This document shows, in pieces, positions 17,753-27,335 of a DNA stretch of 64,000 nt. The stretch comes from Terriglobia bacterium (GTDB lineage: Bacteria > Acidobacteriota > Terriglobia > 2-12-FULL-54-10): the NCBI GenBank assembly GCA_963666975.2, contig CAXVYR010000002.1, positions 320,001 through 384,000 on the forward strand. The letters are read 5' to 3'. The first letter of the stretch is position 1. Every line of letters begins with the position of its first letter. Below the pieces are notes generated by a model. The model did no database searches and was not told the origin of the DNA. It worked only from the letters and a program-made list of their open reading frames with translations. The position numbers and the translations under genes were made by a program.

Positions 17753-20220
17753 AATTCTCTCGACCTCCTCATCTGAAACGGTGGGCTCTTCACTATAGCC
17801 TGAACCAGCGACGACCAGCGGTAGCCGCTGGGAGCGGTCTCTCGCTTGATCCTCCGGATGGCCGGAGCGTCGTAATATTCCACTCCCCGGCCCAGCGCGT
17901 ACGTAAGAAGCTTTTCTGTGAAGGTGGAGACAAAACCCTCCTGTTTGGTCAGCAATACTTCACGAAGACCGGCCGGGCCTTCAAACTGGGTGCCGTCGGG
18001 GAGTAATCCAGACGGATCGATAGCCGTGATTCCCTCGGTGGTTCTCCACCGGCCGATCGCATCAAAGTTTTCCAGCGCGAAACCCAGCGGGTCCATCAAC
18101 TTGTGGCAACTCGCGCAGACTGGATTCTTTCTGTGCTCCTCCATCCGCTGGCGCATGGAAAGGCCCATCACAGCCTTTCCTTCCGGCAGAGACGGAACGT
18201 TGGGCGGCGGCGCCGGCGGCGGCGTACCCAGGATGTTCTCCAGCACCCACTTGCCGCGCAGAACCGGGGAGGTCCGGTTGCCGTATGACGTCACCGTCAT
18301 GATGCTACCTTGGCCTAGCAATCCTCTTCGATTGGGATCGTTGAGCACGACGCGCCGAAAATGGCTGCCATAGACGTTCGGAATCCCATAGTGCCGGGCG
18401 AGGCGTTCGTTCACGAACGTGTAATCCGCCTCCAACAAGTCCACCACGCTACGATCCTCTCGGATAATGCTTTCGAACAAAAGCTCCGTCTCGCGCTGGA
18501 ATGCCCGGCGCAGGTTATCGTCAAATTCTGGAAATATCTCTGGGTCTGGCCTGACTGCATGCAGATTGCGAAGATACAGCCACTGATCGGCGAAATTGGC
18601 CACCAGGGCTTTCGAACGCGCGTCGGCGAGCATGCGCTGCACCTGCTTCTCCAGAATCGCTGGTTCTCTCAGCTTGCCGCGTTCTGCCAAGTCCAGAAGC
18701 TCGTCGTCAGGTATGCTGCTCCACAAGAAGAACGACAAACGAGAGGCCATCTCCAGGTCGCTGACTGGGTAGGGAGTGTCTGGCGGGAGGTTCGCCGGAT
18801 CCCGTTCAATGCGGAACAAAAATTCCGGACCCGCGAGTATCCTTTCCACCGCCATACCGATTCCCGCTTCGAAGCCGCCGCTGTTCTGCCCGGTCTTGAA
18901 CAAGCTGAAAAGAGGTTTCATGTCCTGGTCAGTGACAGGGCGCCGATAAGCTCGGCGTGCCAGCGTGGCGAGAATCTTTCGAGCGCAAGGCTCTTCCTTG
19001 TCGCTAGTGTCTGGGTAACACAGAAAAATCTTGCGGCGGCTGGCTGTGTCCCCAACCCCTTTTAGATCGTAAGGCCCACCGATAGCAACGCTGTCTACTT
19101 CAGGCTCCCCCCCCTTATAGGAAGCTTGGTCGATTTCTGGAAGGCGCGGAAGAGATTCCGGCTTGCTATCAACAAATTGAAGCGCGCCTTCACGCGCCCA
19201 TGTCTCCTTGAGAAAAGTTACCCCAACCACCTGCATACCCGCCTGGGCCGGAAAGCGAACCTCTAAGACTTCGTCCGCCGTAAGTTCATATTCTTCCTGA
19301 GCAGGATCCCCTTGTCCCGCGGTTGAGAACACTGGAGCCGACTTGCCCCTCCTCTCACCCCCGATGGCGAATAGTTTAATTCTGGCGCCATCCAAGCGCA
19401 CATCGAGCTCGTAGAGGTCGCCCAGACCACGGATACGATCTCGGTTGTCTCTTTGCAGCCGGATCTTGATGACGTACTGGCCGTCCGCCGGGAAGTAATG
19501 CCGAATGGCAATTCCGCCCCGCGACCCGAACGGGAGATCTTCACTCATGCGGGCTTCCTGACTGAGATACTTGGACAACTCATACGTCTCGATCACAGGA
19601 CGAATGGCTGCATCTCCTATTGCGAGACGGCTAATCTTCTTTGCCGCTGACAGGTACTTTTCCATCCGCAGCGGCGACACCGAAAGCGCGTCACCGATGT
19701 TGTCAAAACCATAGTTCGATTCGTCGGCAGGAAGAAGCGAGCCGACGTCAATCACGACTGCGAGCAAGTCCCGGATGGCGTTCTTGTATTCGGCCTGATT
19801 GAGGCGATGAACGGCCGCTGATCTGCCGGGATTAGGCTTGGCAGCGGCGGCACGGTCAATTTCGGTTTCCAGGTACGTGATGAGGGACTCATAGGCGGAC
19901 CTGTCTGGTCTCGGCATACCCGGAGGCGGCATGGAACCGGCTCGCAGCTTGCGGATGGCTTTTTCCCACACTTCCGCACCCGCCGGAACCTGCTTGAGAT
20001 CCATCTTGTCGAGCATCAGCCCCGCTGTTTTTAATCTCTCGTTGTGGCAGGTGACGCAATATTGGTTGACAACTGTACGGTACGCCAAGGAAGGTTCTGC
20101 TGCTGGGCTCGCGGACTCCGGCATCGCAGCCTGAAGAGAGCCACTCCCCGCGATGAGTATCCCCATCAAGCCCAGGAACATTCGCAACATCATGCCCGCC
20201 TCCCGTCCTGCCATCCCCAA
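17749..20220 (-). CDS. DUF1592/DUF1588/DUF1585-type protein with two c-type heme motifs
   Basis: CVTCH and CASCH; HRLNQAEY; ASRLSFFLWSSIPDDEL; RTSPVLRGKWVL; overlaps the DUF1552 start by 4 nt. Confidence 0.9.
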   Translation of the reverse strand: MGMAGREAGMMLRMFLGLMGILIAGSGSLQAAMPESASPAAEPSLAYRTVVNQYCVTCHNERLKTAGLMLDKMDLKQVPAGAEVWEKAIRKLRAGSMPPPGMPRPDRSAYESLITYLETEIDRAAAAKPNPGRSAAVHRLNQAEYKNAIRDLLAVVIDVGSLLPADESNYGFDNIGDALSVSPLRMEKYLSAAKKISRLAIGDAAIRPVIETYELSKYLSQEARMSEDLPFGSRGGIAIRHYFPADGQYVIKIRLQRDNRDRIRGLGDLYELDVRLDGARIKLFAIGGERRGKSAPVFSTAGQGDPAQEEYELTADEVLEVRFPAQAGMQVVGVTFLKETWAREGALQFVDSKPESLPRLPEIDQASYKGGEPEVDSVAIGGPYDLKGVGDTASRRKIFLCYPDTSDKEEPCARKILATLARRAYRRPVTDQDMKPLFSLFKTGQNSGGFEAGIGMAVERILAGPEFLFRIERDPANLPPDTPYPVSDLEMASRLSFFLWSSIPDDELLDLAERGKLREPAILEKQVQRMLADARSKALVANFADQWLYLRNLHAVRPDPEIFPEFDDNLRRAFQRETELLFESIIREDRSVVDLLEADYTFVNERLARHYGIPNVYGSHFRRVVLNDPNRRGLLGQGSIMTVTSYGNRTSPVLRGKWVLENILGTPPPAPPPNVPSLPEGKAVMGLSMRQRMEEHRKNPVCASCHKLMDPLGFALENFDAIGRWRTTEGITAIDPSGLLPDGTQFEGPAGLREVLLTKQEGFVSTFTEKLLTYALGRGVEYYDAPAIRRIKRETAPSGYRWSSLVQAIVKSPPFQMRRSREL

Positions 20221-20498
20221 CTCTTACACTCGGGTATTATAACCGTGAAACAATACGAAGGGCGACTCCTCTTGATGAGCACTCGGACTCTTCGTTTCTC
20301 TCTGGCTTCCAAGCCCTTTTCGCCCTCCCGCAAGCGAAACAGGTGCCTTGATCGTATAGCGTTACGGGCCTTTCCGCAAATGCTAAATTTATATTTTTTG
20401 AGGTTTTGTTCAGGGAGATTTGAAATCGGCTGTCTTTGGCGGCCCGGCAGTTTTTCCCTGTCGTTTTAGATTTTCTATGCGTACAATTCCCTTCGGAT

Positions 20499-20760
20499 AT
20501 GCGCAACCTTTTTGACCCATACAAACAACCCGAGAATCGGCTGACACACGCGCTCGTTTCTGCTCTCGGAGCGGACTCAAGACTGCTTGGCAGGTTTGTG
20601 TGATGGATAACAGAAGAAACGGTTCCCGTCGCCAAGAAGCTAACGGTTTTGGAGCAGCGATCGCCTGGAGAGGAAGAGGCTGCAAGCGAAGAGGAAGCTG
20701 AACGATGCAGTTTGCCGGACGCATGGATTCATGACGGGATGGGCTGGGAGCCGGCTTCTT
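20499..20760 (+). pseudogene. N-terminal remnant of a PD-(D/E)xK-like protein with an in-frame stop
   Basis: ATG 20499 MRNLFDPYKQPENRLTHALVSAL...FV*WIT...SLPDAWIHDG; TGA at 20601; the frame continues into apparently unrelated sequence to 21200. Confidence 0.5.
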
Positions 20761-21802
20761 GGTCTCCCGGCTTTCCGAGTGACGTACAGGATTACGTAAA
20801 GAGTTGGGGCTTCGTTGGGGATGGCCGTTTGTTGTTTGCAGAGGTAGAAACAGACGGCCTGACTGCATTTTCTGAGCAGTATTTCTTATTTGCCGCTGTG
20901 CTCTTACTGGATCAAGGGGCCGACTCGTTTTCCAACGATGCGTTATCCGATGAACGACTCCCAGTTGGGGAGCCATTCGTAATCACGGGCAAGAGGATCA
21001 GAACGGAGATTCATGTTAGCGACGCTTTCGAAGCCAGAATTAATAACACAGCGCGAATCAGGGTCAGCTACTATCTGTACTTGCTGCCGCAGACTGCAAA
21101 AGAAGCAAAAATAGCGATGCTTGATGATGGGAACAAGGCCGGTGGACATATCATCGGAAACAGAAGAATCTACGCGGGAAAACCATTGGCCACGAACTGA
21201 TGTAGATTATTCTGCCCCTGTGCGCCCATGTACTGCCATGCAAGAATTCTATCAACTTTCCCCTGGATGACATTTGTCGATAGCGAGAACCTTGAAAACC
21301 GAGACCACAGGGTCAGGAGGGAAACATGGAATGTTTGCGCAGCACAGGCACGTTGATCGTTGCCGGACCGAGTCGCGATGGTTTGATCATTGCCGCTGAT
21401 CGGTGTGCCACACTCCCTGATGGCCAAAAATACTCCAAACACAATCTGAATTCATAAACATAGCCGACCAATGCGGAGTGGTATCGAGTAGTGTTGCCGA
21501 TACAACCCTAGAAACCTCAGAGAAGGTGTGCGTCGCAATGATCGAACTGGCCGCGAAGACCGCCGCCAGCAGTCGCTATCCGCCATCATCCGGAATAGAA
21601 CCGCCGATAGACGTTCTTTGTATCGGAGAAAAGGCGCCGCCGGTGAAACGCCAATGGGAATCATTCGACAACTAGGCATCTGAGAAATATTAGATTGAGC
21701 CGGCCAGGCGGCGGGCGTATGCTTTTGGGGGAAGGTGAAGCTCAAAATGGAAATTCCGGCTTACAGGCATGGTGCGACATCCGGAATTATTTCGGGCAAG
21801 AA

Positions 21803-22660
21803 ATGCAACTAGGAGACTTCGAGATTTCAGCAGTGACCGACGGCCACTTCCGTCTTGACGGCGGATCGATGTTCGGAATTGTTCCGCGCGTTCTTTGGGA
21901 AAAAAAGATCGCTCCGGATGACCGGCATCGCATTCGTCTCGTAGTGCGATGCCTGCTGGTGCGCAATGGCAAGCGAACCGTCCTGCTCGATGCAGGCCTG
22001 GGCAACAAATTCTCCGATGAGTTTCGCGACCGTTACGCCGTGGAGCAGCCGGTTACTCTGATTGAGAACCTCCAGAAGGCGGGAGTTCGCCCGGAGGATG
22101 TGACCGACGTCATCAACTGCCACCTTCATTTCGACCACGCCGGCTGGAACACGATACGGAAAGACGGCCAGCTTGCGCCGACCTTTCCCAATGCACGGTA
22201 TTGGTCCCAGCGCGACGAATGGGAACGGGCGCGGGACTATGCCGCGCAGCGAGACCGGGGCAGCTTTTCCCCTGACGATTTTCTCCCGCTGGAAAGAGAA
22301 CGCTGGGAGCTGGTAGAAGGCGACCATGCAATCCTGCCGGGAATGGAGCTTCTGGTCCTGCCCGGCCATACGCCTCACACGCAAGGGGTCTTGCTGACCG
22401 CCGGAGAACAGAAAGTAGCCTTTCTGGAGGACTTGATTCCCACTGCGCATCACGTTCCCTATGCCTGGATCATGGCCTTCGACCTGCACGCAGCCGGAAC
22501 GCTGGCTACCAAACGTAAAATCTTGCCGCGCGCCGTCCGCGAAAAATGGATCTGTGTCTTCGACCATGACCCTGACTTGGTGGCGGCCCGCATTGCAGAA
22601 GATTCGAGGGGAAGACTGAGTGTGATTCCGGCAGAAGGATTTTCTGACAACTCCGGATAG
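21803..22660 (+). CDS. MBL-fold metallo-hydrolase (YtnP-like lactonase family)
   Basis: FRLDGGSMFGIVPRVLW, HLHFDHAG, PGHTPH, FDHD. Confidence 0.9.
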   Translation: MQLGDFEISAVTDGHFRLDGGSMFGIVPRVLWEKKIAPDDRHRIRLVVRCLLVRNGKRTVLLDAGLGNKFSDEFRDRYAVEQPVTLIENLQKAGVRPEDVTDVINCHLHFDHAGWNTIRKDGQLAPTFPNARYWSQRDEWERARDYAAQRDRGSFSPDDFLPLERERWELVEGDHAILPGMELLVLPGHTPHTQGVLLTAGEQKVAFLEDLIPTAHHVPYAWIMAFDLHAAGTLATKRKILPRAVREKWICVFDHDPDLVAARIAEDSRGRLSVIPAEGFSDNSG

Positions 22661-22682
22661 CATCACTACACAATTTTAGGGC

Positions 22683-22814
22683 TTATTTCCTTTCTGTTAC
22701 CGTGACCGGAAAACGAAGCTCGAAATCCAGCACGGTCTCACTGGCGATAACGGCAGCTTCCCCCCGAGTGGCCAGAACAACACCCGTGCCAGCACCCGCA
22801 CCGGTAGCTGCGCC
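22683..22814 (-). pseudogene. 3' fragment of a paralogue of the glycine-zipper lipoprotein at 35456-36154
   Basis: Translates to GAATGAGAGTGVVLATRGEAAVIASETVLDFELRFPVTVTERK*; compare ...ATRGDAAVIGSETVLDFELQSPVTITESN*. Confidence 0.85.
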
Positions 22815-22866
22815 ACTGAAGTCGTGTCCTGACGAACCCCTATACATCAATCCGTAAAATGCTGTA
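22815..22866 (-). repeat. Truncated MITE end (IS630-like TA terminus) with a partial REP-like motif
   Basis: Minus strand tacagcattttacggattgatgtatagggg-ttcgtcaggacacgacttcagt; same end family as 23815, 37242 and 45639. Confidence 0.65.
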
Positions 22867-23578
22867 GTGCCACCTTACGCGCGCGGCCGTTCTTCGCCTC
22901 TGATCCACGTAGCTGGATCATTCGAGCTTCTATGTCCAGGTCAGCCCAGGACAGGGAAGCAATCTCGTCCCGCCTCCAGCCGGTGAGATATCCGAAGTGG
23001 CAAAAGTCCCGCACGTAATCTGGGAGCTTTTCTACCATGGCCATAAAACCCGCATGCTCAAAGAAACCCATCCTGACGTTATCTGATTCTGAGAGTCGCC
23101 GGATTTTAGGGGCTACGCTCAATCGGCGCCTGTCAACTGCCAGGCGGAAAGCCTGGGCCAACAGCCCGGTCTCTCGGTTCGCGGTAGCCGGCGCCATCCC
23201 TTCCACAAGCCTAGACTCAATATAGTGATCTACGGCTTCGGTTGTGATTACCATTGCCCGCCGGTCTCCGAAAGCAGCCCTTACCTGTTTCAAGTGGGAC
23301 TGTATCCCGGCCAAGCTCCGCACCTTTCTGATTCTCAGATCGGCTTCAAGGGCGTCCAACAATTCGCCTGCCAGCACGCGGTCCTGGCTTGGACCTACAA
23401 ACGCCTTCAGACCGAGCGAATCCGCGCCGACTTCTTTAAGGCGCCGCTTTAACAACCTCTCCGCGTCTTTCCTTTCGGCGGAGCTGCTGGATTCTCTGAC
23501 CTCCTTACCACGATGGCAATATGCAATCCAATAAAAGGTACTGTTCGGTCTCTTGAAAATCCTTCCATTCCCCCTCAT
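22865..23578 (-). pseudogene. N-terminal 238 codons of a tyrosine integrase
   Basis: GRIFKR-YWIAY arm-binding domain, APATANRE, catalytic R in TGWRRDEI and K in AKNGRAR; cut at ...KVAL by the MITE end. Confidence 0.88.
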
Positions 23579-23733
23579 TTTGCACCTCCTTTTCGCAGTA
23601 AGTAGTCGCGCAGTGCATCGCCAACAACGTCCTGGAAATCCCGATCCTCGTCAATTGCCCGCTTTCGCCCGTCCTTCCACAGGCTCTCAGGGAAACCGAT
23701 AGAGGTCTTGACCATTTTCTCTCCCAGCATCAT
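23575..23733 (-). CDS. Small ribbon-helix-helix-like DNA-binding protein (52 aa)
   Basis: MMLGEKMVKTSIGFPESLWKDGRKRAIDEDRDFQDVVGDALRDYLLRKGGAK; RBS gaaaggag; ATGA overlap with the integrase start; below the ORF-track size cutoff. Confidence 0.7.
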   Translation of the reverse strand: MMLGEKMVKTSIGFPESLWKDGRKRAIDEDRDFQDVVGDALRDYLLRKGGAK

Positions 23734-23759
23734 CTTCTTCTCCTTTCGTTGCTCTTTTG

Positions 23760-23809
23760 TGTCCAGGGCGGAGAAACATTAGACCAGCGGGGCGGAGAGA
23801 AATTAGACC
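23760..23809 (+). mobile_element. Isolated IS21-family terminus
   Basis: TGTCCA followed by two tandem repeats gggcggagaaacattagacc / gggcggagagaaattagacc. Confidence 0.65.
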
Positions 23810-23814
23810 CCTTC

Positions 23815-23940
23815 TAGAGCATTTCTCCCGATAGTGTATAGGCGGAATGTAGCGCCGCCATTCTGGCGGCCCAATGAGCCAGCGAAGACGCTGGCGCTAC
23901 GTGACTGCCGGAACTCTATACCTACGGGAGAAATGCTGTA
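23815..23940. mobile_element. MITE with IS630-like TIRs and a REP-like doublet
   Basis: TIRs tagagcatttctcccgatagtgtatag / ctatacctacgggagaaatgctgta; internal gtagcgccgccattctggcggc and gccagcgaagacgctggcgctac. Confidence 0.75.
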
Positions 23941-24345
23941 GAAGGGGAATTGTGGGAAATCATCGAGCGCCGGGGGAACGAGCGAAGCTACCAGAAGCCC
24001 GACGGAACTGTGGGAATGTCCCTTTATGTTTTCCACCGGAAGGGGCAGCCCATTGGTGATTTCCGAAAGGTATGGGATTCGGCACACAGGGCGGCCGGGC
24101 TTGGAGGAAAACTCTCCCACGATTTTCGCAGAACGGCAGCCCGAAATAGGAGAAGAGCCGGGGTTCCGGAAAAGGTGTGCATGGATCTTCTCGGCCATCG
24201 CACAACGTCCATGTTCCACAGGTATTCCATTACCGATGAGCAGGACATCCGCGAGGCGGTGATTAAAACCCGGCAGTACCTGAAAACCGTGTCGTCAGTA
24301 AAGACTGTGGTGCCCGTCAAGAAAGCCAGTGGAGAAAATTCCTAA
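23941..24345 (+). pseudogene. C-terminal 134 codons of the same tyrosine integrase
   Basis: EGELWEIIERR...HDFRRTAARN...LLGHRTTSMFHRY (HxxR, H and Y catalytic residues). Confidence 0.88.
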
Positions 24346-24361
24346 TGTGCCTTCCCAAGCC

Positions 24362-24385
24362 TTTTCGGACAGTTTTCGGACAGTT
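24362..24385. repeat. Direct repeat, candidate integrase arm-type binding sites
   Basis: ttttcggacag twice, between the integrase end and the tRNA 3' end. Confidence 0.5.
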
Positions 24386-24454
24386 GCACCATTGTGGTGC
24401 AATCCCGCCAACAAGCAATTCCCACCAAGTGATTGAAAAATTACGTGAAAAATT

Positions 24455-24529
24455 TGGCTCCTCAGGCAGGACTCGAACCTGCAACCCTTCGGTTAACAGC
24501 CGAATGCTCTACCATTGAGCTACTGAGGA
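24455..24529 (-). tRNA. tRNA-Asn (GTT)
   Basis: TCCTCAGTAGCTCAATGGTAGAGCATTCGGCTGTTAACCGAAGGGTTGCAGGTTCGAGTCCTGCCTGAGGAGCCA; cloverleaf with encoded CCA. Confidence 0.97.
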
Positions 24530-24649
24530 GTGGCTCGAAAAGATCGGCGTACTTATTGAAGCAGACCGTTCCTTCGCTGTCAAGCTGGCCCTCCTCCTGA
24601 ATTGGCCCCATCACTTGCCCGCCGCATCTTTATGTTATAATTAGCCATA

Positions 24650-26005
24650 ATGTCCAAGTTCGATCCTTTATGGTGCCAAGAGCGCACCTTAGAAGCGGTC
24701 CTCGACAACATCTCCGACGGGGTGCTTACCTATGACCGCGACCTCCGAATCACCGGCGTGAACCGGGCCGCCGAGGAGATTCTGGGGTATTCGGCGGACG
24801 AGATCGTCGGCGGCCAGTGCAAAGAGGTATTTCGCTGCGGAGTCTGCGAGCCTGAATGCGGCTTCGGGGTGGCGCTGGCCAGCCAGCAAAACGTAGCCAA
24901 CTCCACCGTCCGGATTCATACGGCACAAGGCCAGGAACGGCTGGCCGTCATCAACACCGCTCCCATCAAAAACGAAAACGGACATATGGAAGGGGTGGTG
25001 GTGACGTTCAAAGATGTCACCGACCAAGTGGAACCCCAGGACCGCTATTTTGTTACGGAATCTCCCCGCATGCGGCAGGTGCTCGCCTTCGTCCGCAAGG
25101 TGGCCAGCAGTGAAGCCAGCTCCATCCTGATTGAGGGGGAGAGCGGCACGGGCAAGGACCTGATCGCCAAGATGTTTCACTATCAAAGCATGCGGCAGGC
25201 CTATTCGTTCATCGCCATCAACTGTTCCGCGATCCCGGAGAACCTGCTTGAAGCCGAGTTGTTCGGCTACGAGAAGGGCTCCTTCACCGACGCCAAGAAC
25301 CAAAAGCGCGGGCTAGTGGAACTGGCCGACAAAGGCACCCTGCTGCTGGACGAAATCGGCGAGATGCCGCTGCTGCTGCAAACCAAACTGCTCCGGGTTC
25401 TGGAGGACCAGATGGTGCGCCGCATCGGCGGAGTGAAGGATTTTTCGGTGGACGTCCGGGTTATCGCGGTCACCAACCGCAACCTCCAGGAAGCCGTCCG
25501 GGTCGGCGCCTTCCGGCAGGACCTGTATTACCGCCTAAACGTCATCCAGATATATATCCCGACGCTGCGAGAGCGCCCCGAGGACATCCTGCCGCTGGTG
25601 CAGTATTTCATCACCCACTACAACAAAAAGTTCAAGCGCAAGATTCTCGGCGTGTCGCCGGAGGCGGAAAAACTCTTGCAGCGGCATCACTGGCCCGGCA
25701 ATGTCCGGGAGCTTCGCAATGCCATTGAGCGCGCCATGATCCTGGAGGACGATTCCAACCTGCAGGTTTCCAATCTTCCGATTGCGCTCAACCGCACAGA
25801 GATGCCCTCCGCCTCGGTCGGCGTGGAGATCCCCGAAACCGGCCTCTCGCTCGAGGCAACCGAACGAGAGATGATTTCCCGTGCCCTGTCCAAAACGGGA
25901 GGCAATCAGACACACGCTGCCCGCCTGCTCAGCATTACCCGAGATACCCTCCGCTACAAGATGAAAAAATTCAGTTGGGATAACTCCCGGGAGGATTTCC
26001 CATGA
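24650..26005 (+). CDS. PAS-domain sigma-54-dependent transcriptional activator (AAA+, Fis-HTH)
   Basis: GESGTGKD, LEAELFGYEKGSFTDA, LLLDEIGEM, FRQDLYYRLNV, WPGNVRELRN, C-terminal HTH. Confidence 0.95.
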   Translation: MSKFDPLWCQERTLEAVLDNISDGVLTYDRDLRITGVNRAAEEILGYSADEIVGGQCKEVFRCGVCEPECGFGVALASQQNVANSTVRIHTAQGQERLAVINTAPIKNENGHMEGVVVTFKDVTDQVEPQDRYFVTESPRMRQVLAFVRKVASSEASSILIEGESGTGKDLIAKMFHYQSMRQAYSFIAINCSAIPENLLEAELFGYEKGSFTDAKNQKRGLVELADKGTLLLDEIGEMPLLLQTKLLRVLEDQMVRRIGGVKDFSVDVRVIAVTNRNLQEAVRVGAFRQDLYYRLNVIQIYIPTLRERPEDILPLVQYFITHYNKKFKRKILGVSPEAEKLLQRHHWPGNVRELRNAIERAMILEDDSNLQVSNLPIALNRTEMPSASVGVEIPETGLSLEATEREMISRALSKTGGNQTHAARLLSITRDTLRYKMKKFSWDNSREDFP

Positions 26006-26172
26006 ATGCCCACCACATTTCCAGTTTGCAGCAATCACCAACCGAGGGGCGGTACAAATGCTCGAAGTGCTTCTTCGAGATCAACCTGAAGAAAGGGCAG
26101 ATGGTTCCGCCCTGTCCCCGTTGCGGCTCCGGGCAGTACGAAGAGTCCAGCGACACGGCGCCGTGTCCATAG
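26002..26172 (+). CDS. Small zinc-ribbon protein (56 aa)
   Basis: MNAHHISSLQQSPTEGRYKCSKCFFEINLKKGQMVPPCPRCGSGQYEESSDTAPCP; RBS ggagga; ATGA overlap with the activator gene. Confidence 0.7.
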   Translation: MNAHHISSLQQSPTEGRYKCSKCFFEINLKKGQMVPPCPRCGSGQYEESSDTAPCP

Positions 26173-26273
26173 GTTAAAATCCCGCATCTGCACGACTGCA
26201 TTCCCTTTGTCGATCTGCGGTTGACGAACGATGAAAGAATCATTACGCTGGGGCAGTTTCGTTCGGGGTCGCC

Positions 26274-27272
26274 ATGCGTATTGCTTTTTTTGAGGTCCAT
26301 GAATGGGAGCGCCAGCATCTCCAAGAAAAGCTCTCCGGACATCAGACTAGCTTTTTCCCAGACAAAATCCAGGAGGCCGATTTCAGCGCCCTGCAGGACG
26401 TGGAGGTCCTCTCGGTTTTCATCTATTCCCAGGTAACCGCACGCGTTCTGGAAATGCTGCCCCGGTTGCGCCTGCTGGCGACGCGCTCCACCGGCTATGA
26501 CCACATTGACCTCGAAACCTGCCGCGGCAGAGGCGTCGATGTCGCCACCGTTCCCAGCTACGGCGAGAACACCGTGGCCGAGCATACCTTCGCGCTGATC
26601 CTGGCCCTATCCCGGCACGTTCATAAGTTTTACGCGCGGGTCTCTGCGGGAAACTTTTCCCGCGAAGGGCTCACCGGCTTTGACCTGAAGGGGAGAACGA
26701 TTGGGGTTCTGGGCGTCGGCCGCATCGGCTTGCACGTCATCAAGATCGCCCGCGGTTTCGGCATGGAGGTGCTGGCGACAGACATTCGGCAGGACGCTTT
26801 TCTCGCCGAGTTGATGAATTTTCGCTATGTGCCGGCGGAACATCTGCTGGCGCATTCCGACATCATCAGCCTCCACATACCCTACACTCCTTCCACCCAC
26901 CACTTTCTGGACCGGGAAAAGCTGGCTCTGGTCCGCAAAGGAGCGCTGTTGATCAACACGTCGCGCGGCGGTCTGGTGGACACCTCCGCATTGCTGGCTG
27001 CCCTGGACGACGGCACGCTAGCCGGCGCCGGGCTGGACGTCGTGGAGGGAGAGCAATACATCTCGGAGGAACAAGCGATGCTCCGCGCCGAGCAGCCCGC
27101 CGAGGTGCTGCGGGAAGTCCTGCAGGATCACATTCTGTTCCGCCGCGAAAACGTTGTCTTCACTCCCCACAACGCCTTCAACAGCCGGGAAGCCCTGCTC
27201 CGCATCCTGGACACGACGGTCGAAAACATTCGCGGCTTTCTGCAGGGCGCGCCCGTGAACCTGGTGGGGTGA
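26274..27272 (+). CDS. D-2-hydroxyacid dehydrogenase (D-lactate dehydrogenase-like)
   Basis: RSTGYDHID, VAEHT, GVGRIG, INTSRGGLVD, LDVVEGE, TPHNAFNS. Confidence 0.92.
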   Translation: MRIAFFEVHEWERQHLQEKLSGHQTSFFPDKIQEADFSALQDVEVLSVFIYSQVTARVLEMLPRLRLLATRSTGYDHIDLETCRGRGVDVATVPSYGENTVAEHTFALILALSRHVHKFYARVSAGNFSREGLTGFDLKGRTIGVLGVGRIGLHVIKIARGFGMEVLATDIRQDAFLAELMNFRYVPAEHLLAHSDIISLHIPYTPSTHHFLDREKLALVRKGALLINTSRGGLVDTSALLAALDDGTLAGAGLDVVEGEQYISEEQAMLRAEQPAEVLREVLQDHILFRRENVVFTPHNAFNSREALLRILDTTVENIRGFLQGAPVNLVG

Positions 27273-27335
27273 ACCATCGGCGGGTCCGCCAATACACTAT
27301 TGAGCCATTAGCGAAGCCCGACTATACTTCAACCC

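Noticed and set aside
20601-20603. In-frame TGA as a second selenocysteine codon
   Set aside because: The FV*WIT context is not a redox Cys motif, no clear SECIS hairpin follows, and the gene is truncated anyway
20761-21700. Short ORFs in an AT-richer segment
   Set aside because: No recognisable motifs; probably decayed island sequence
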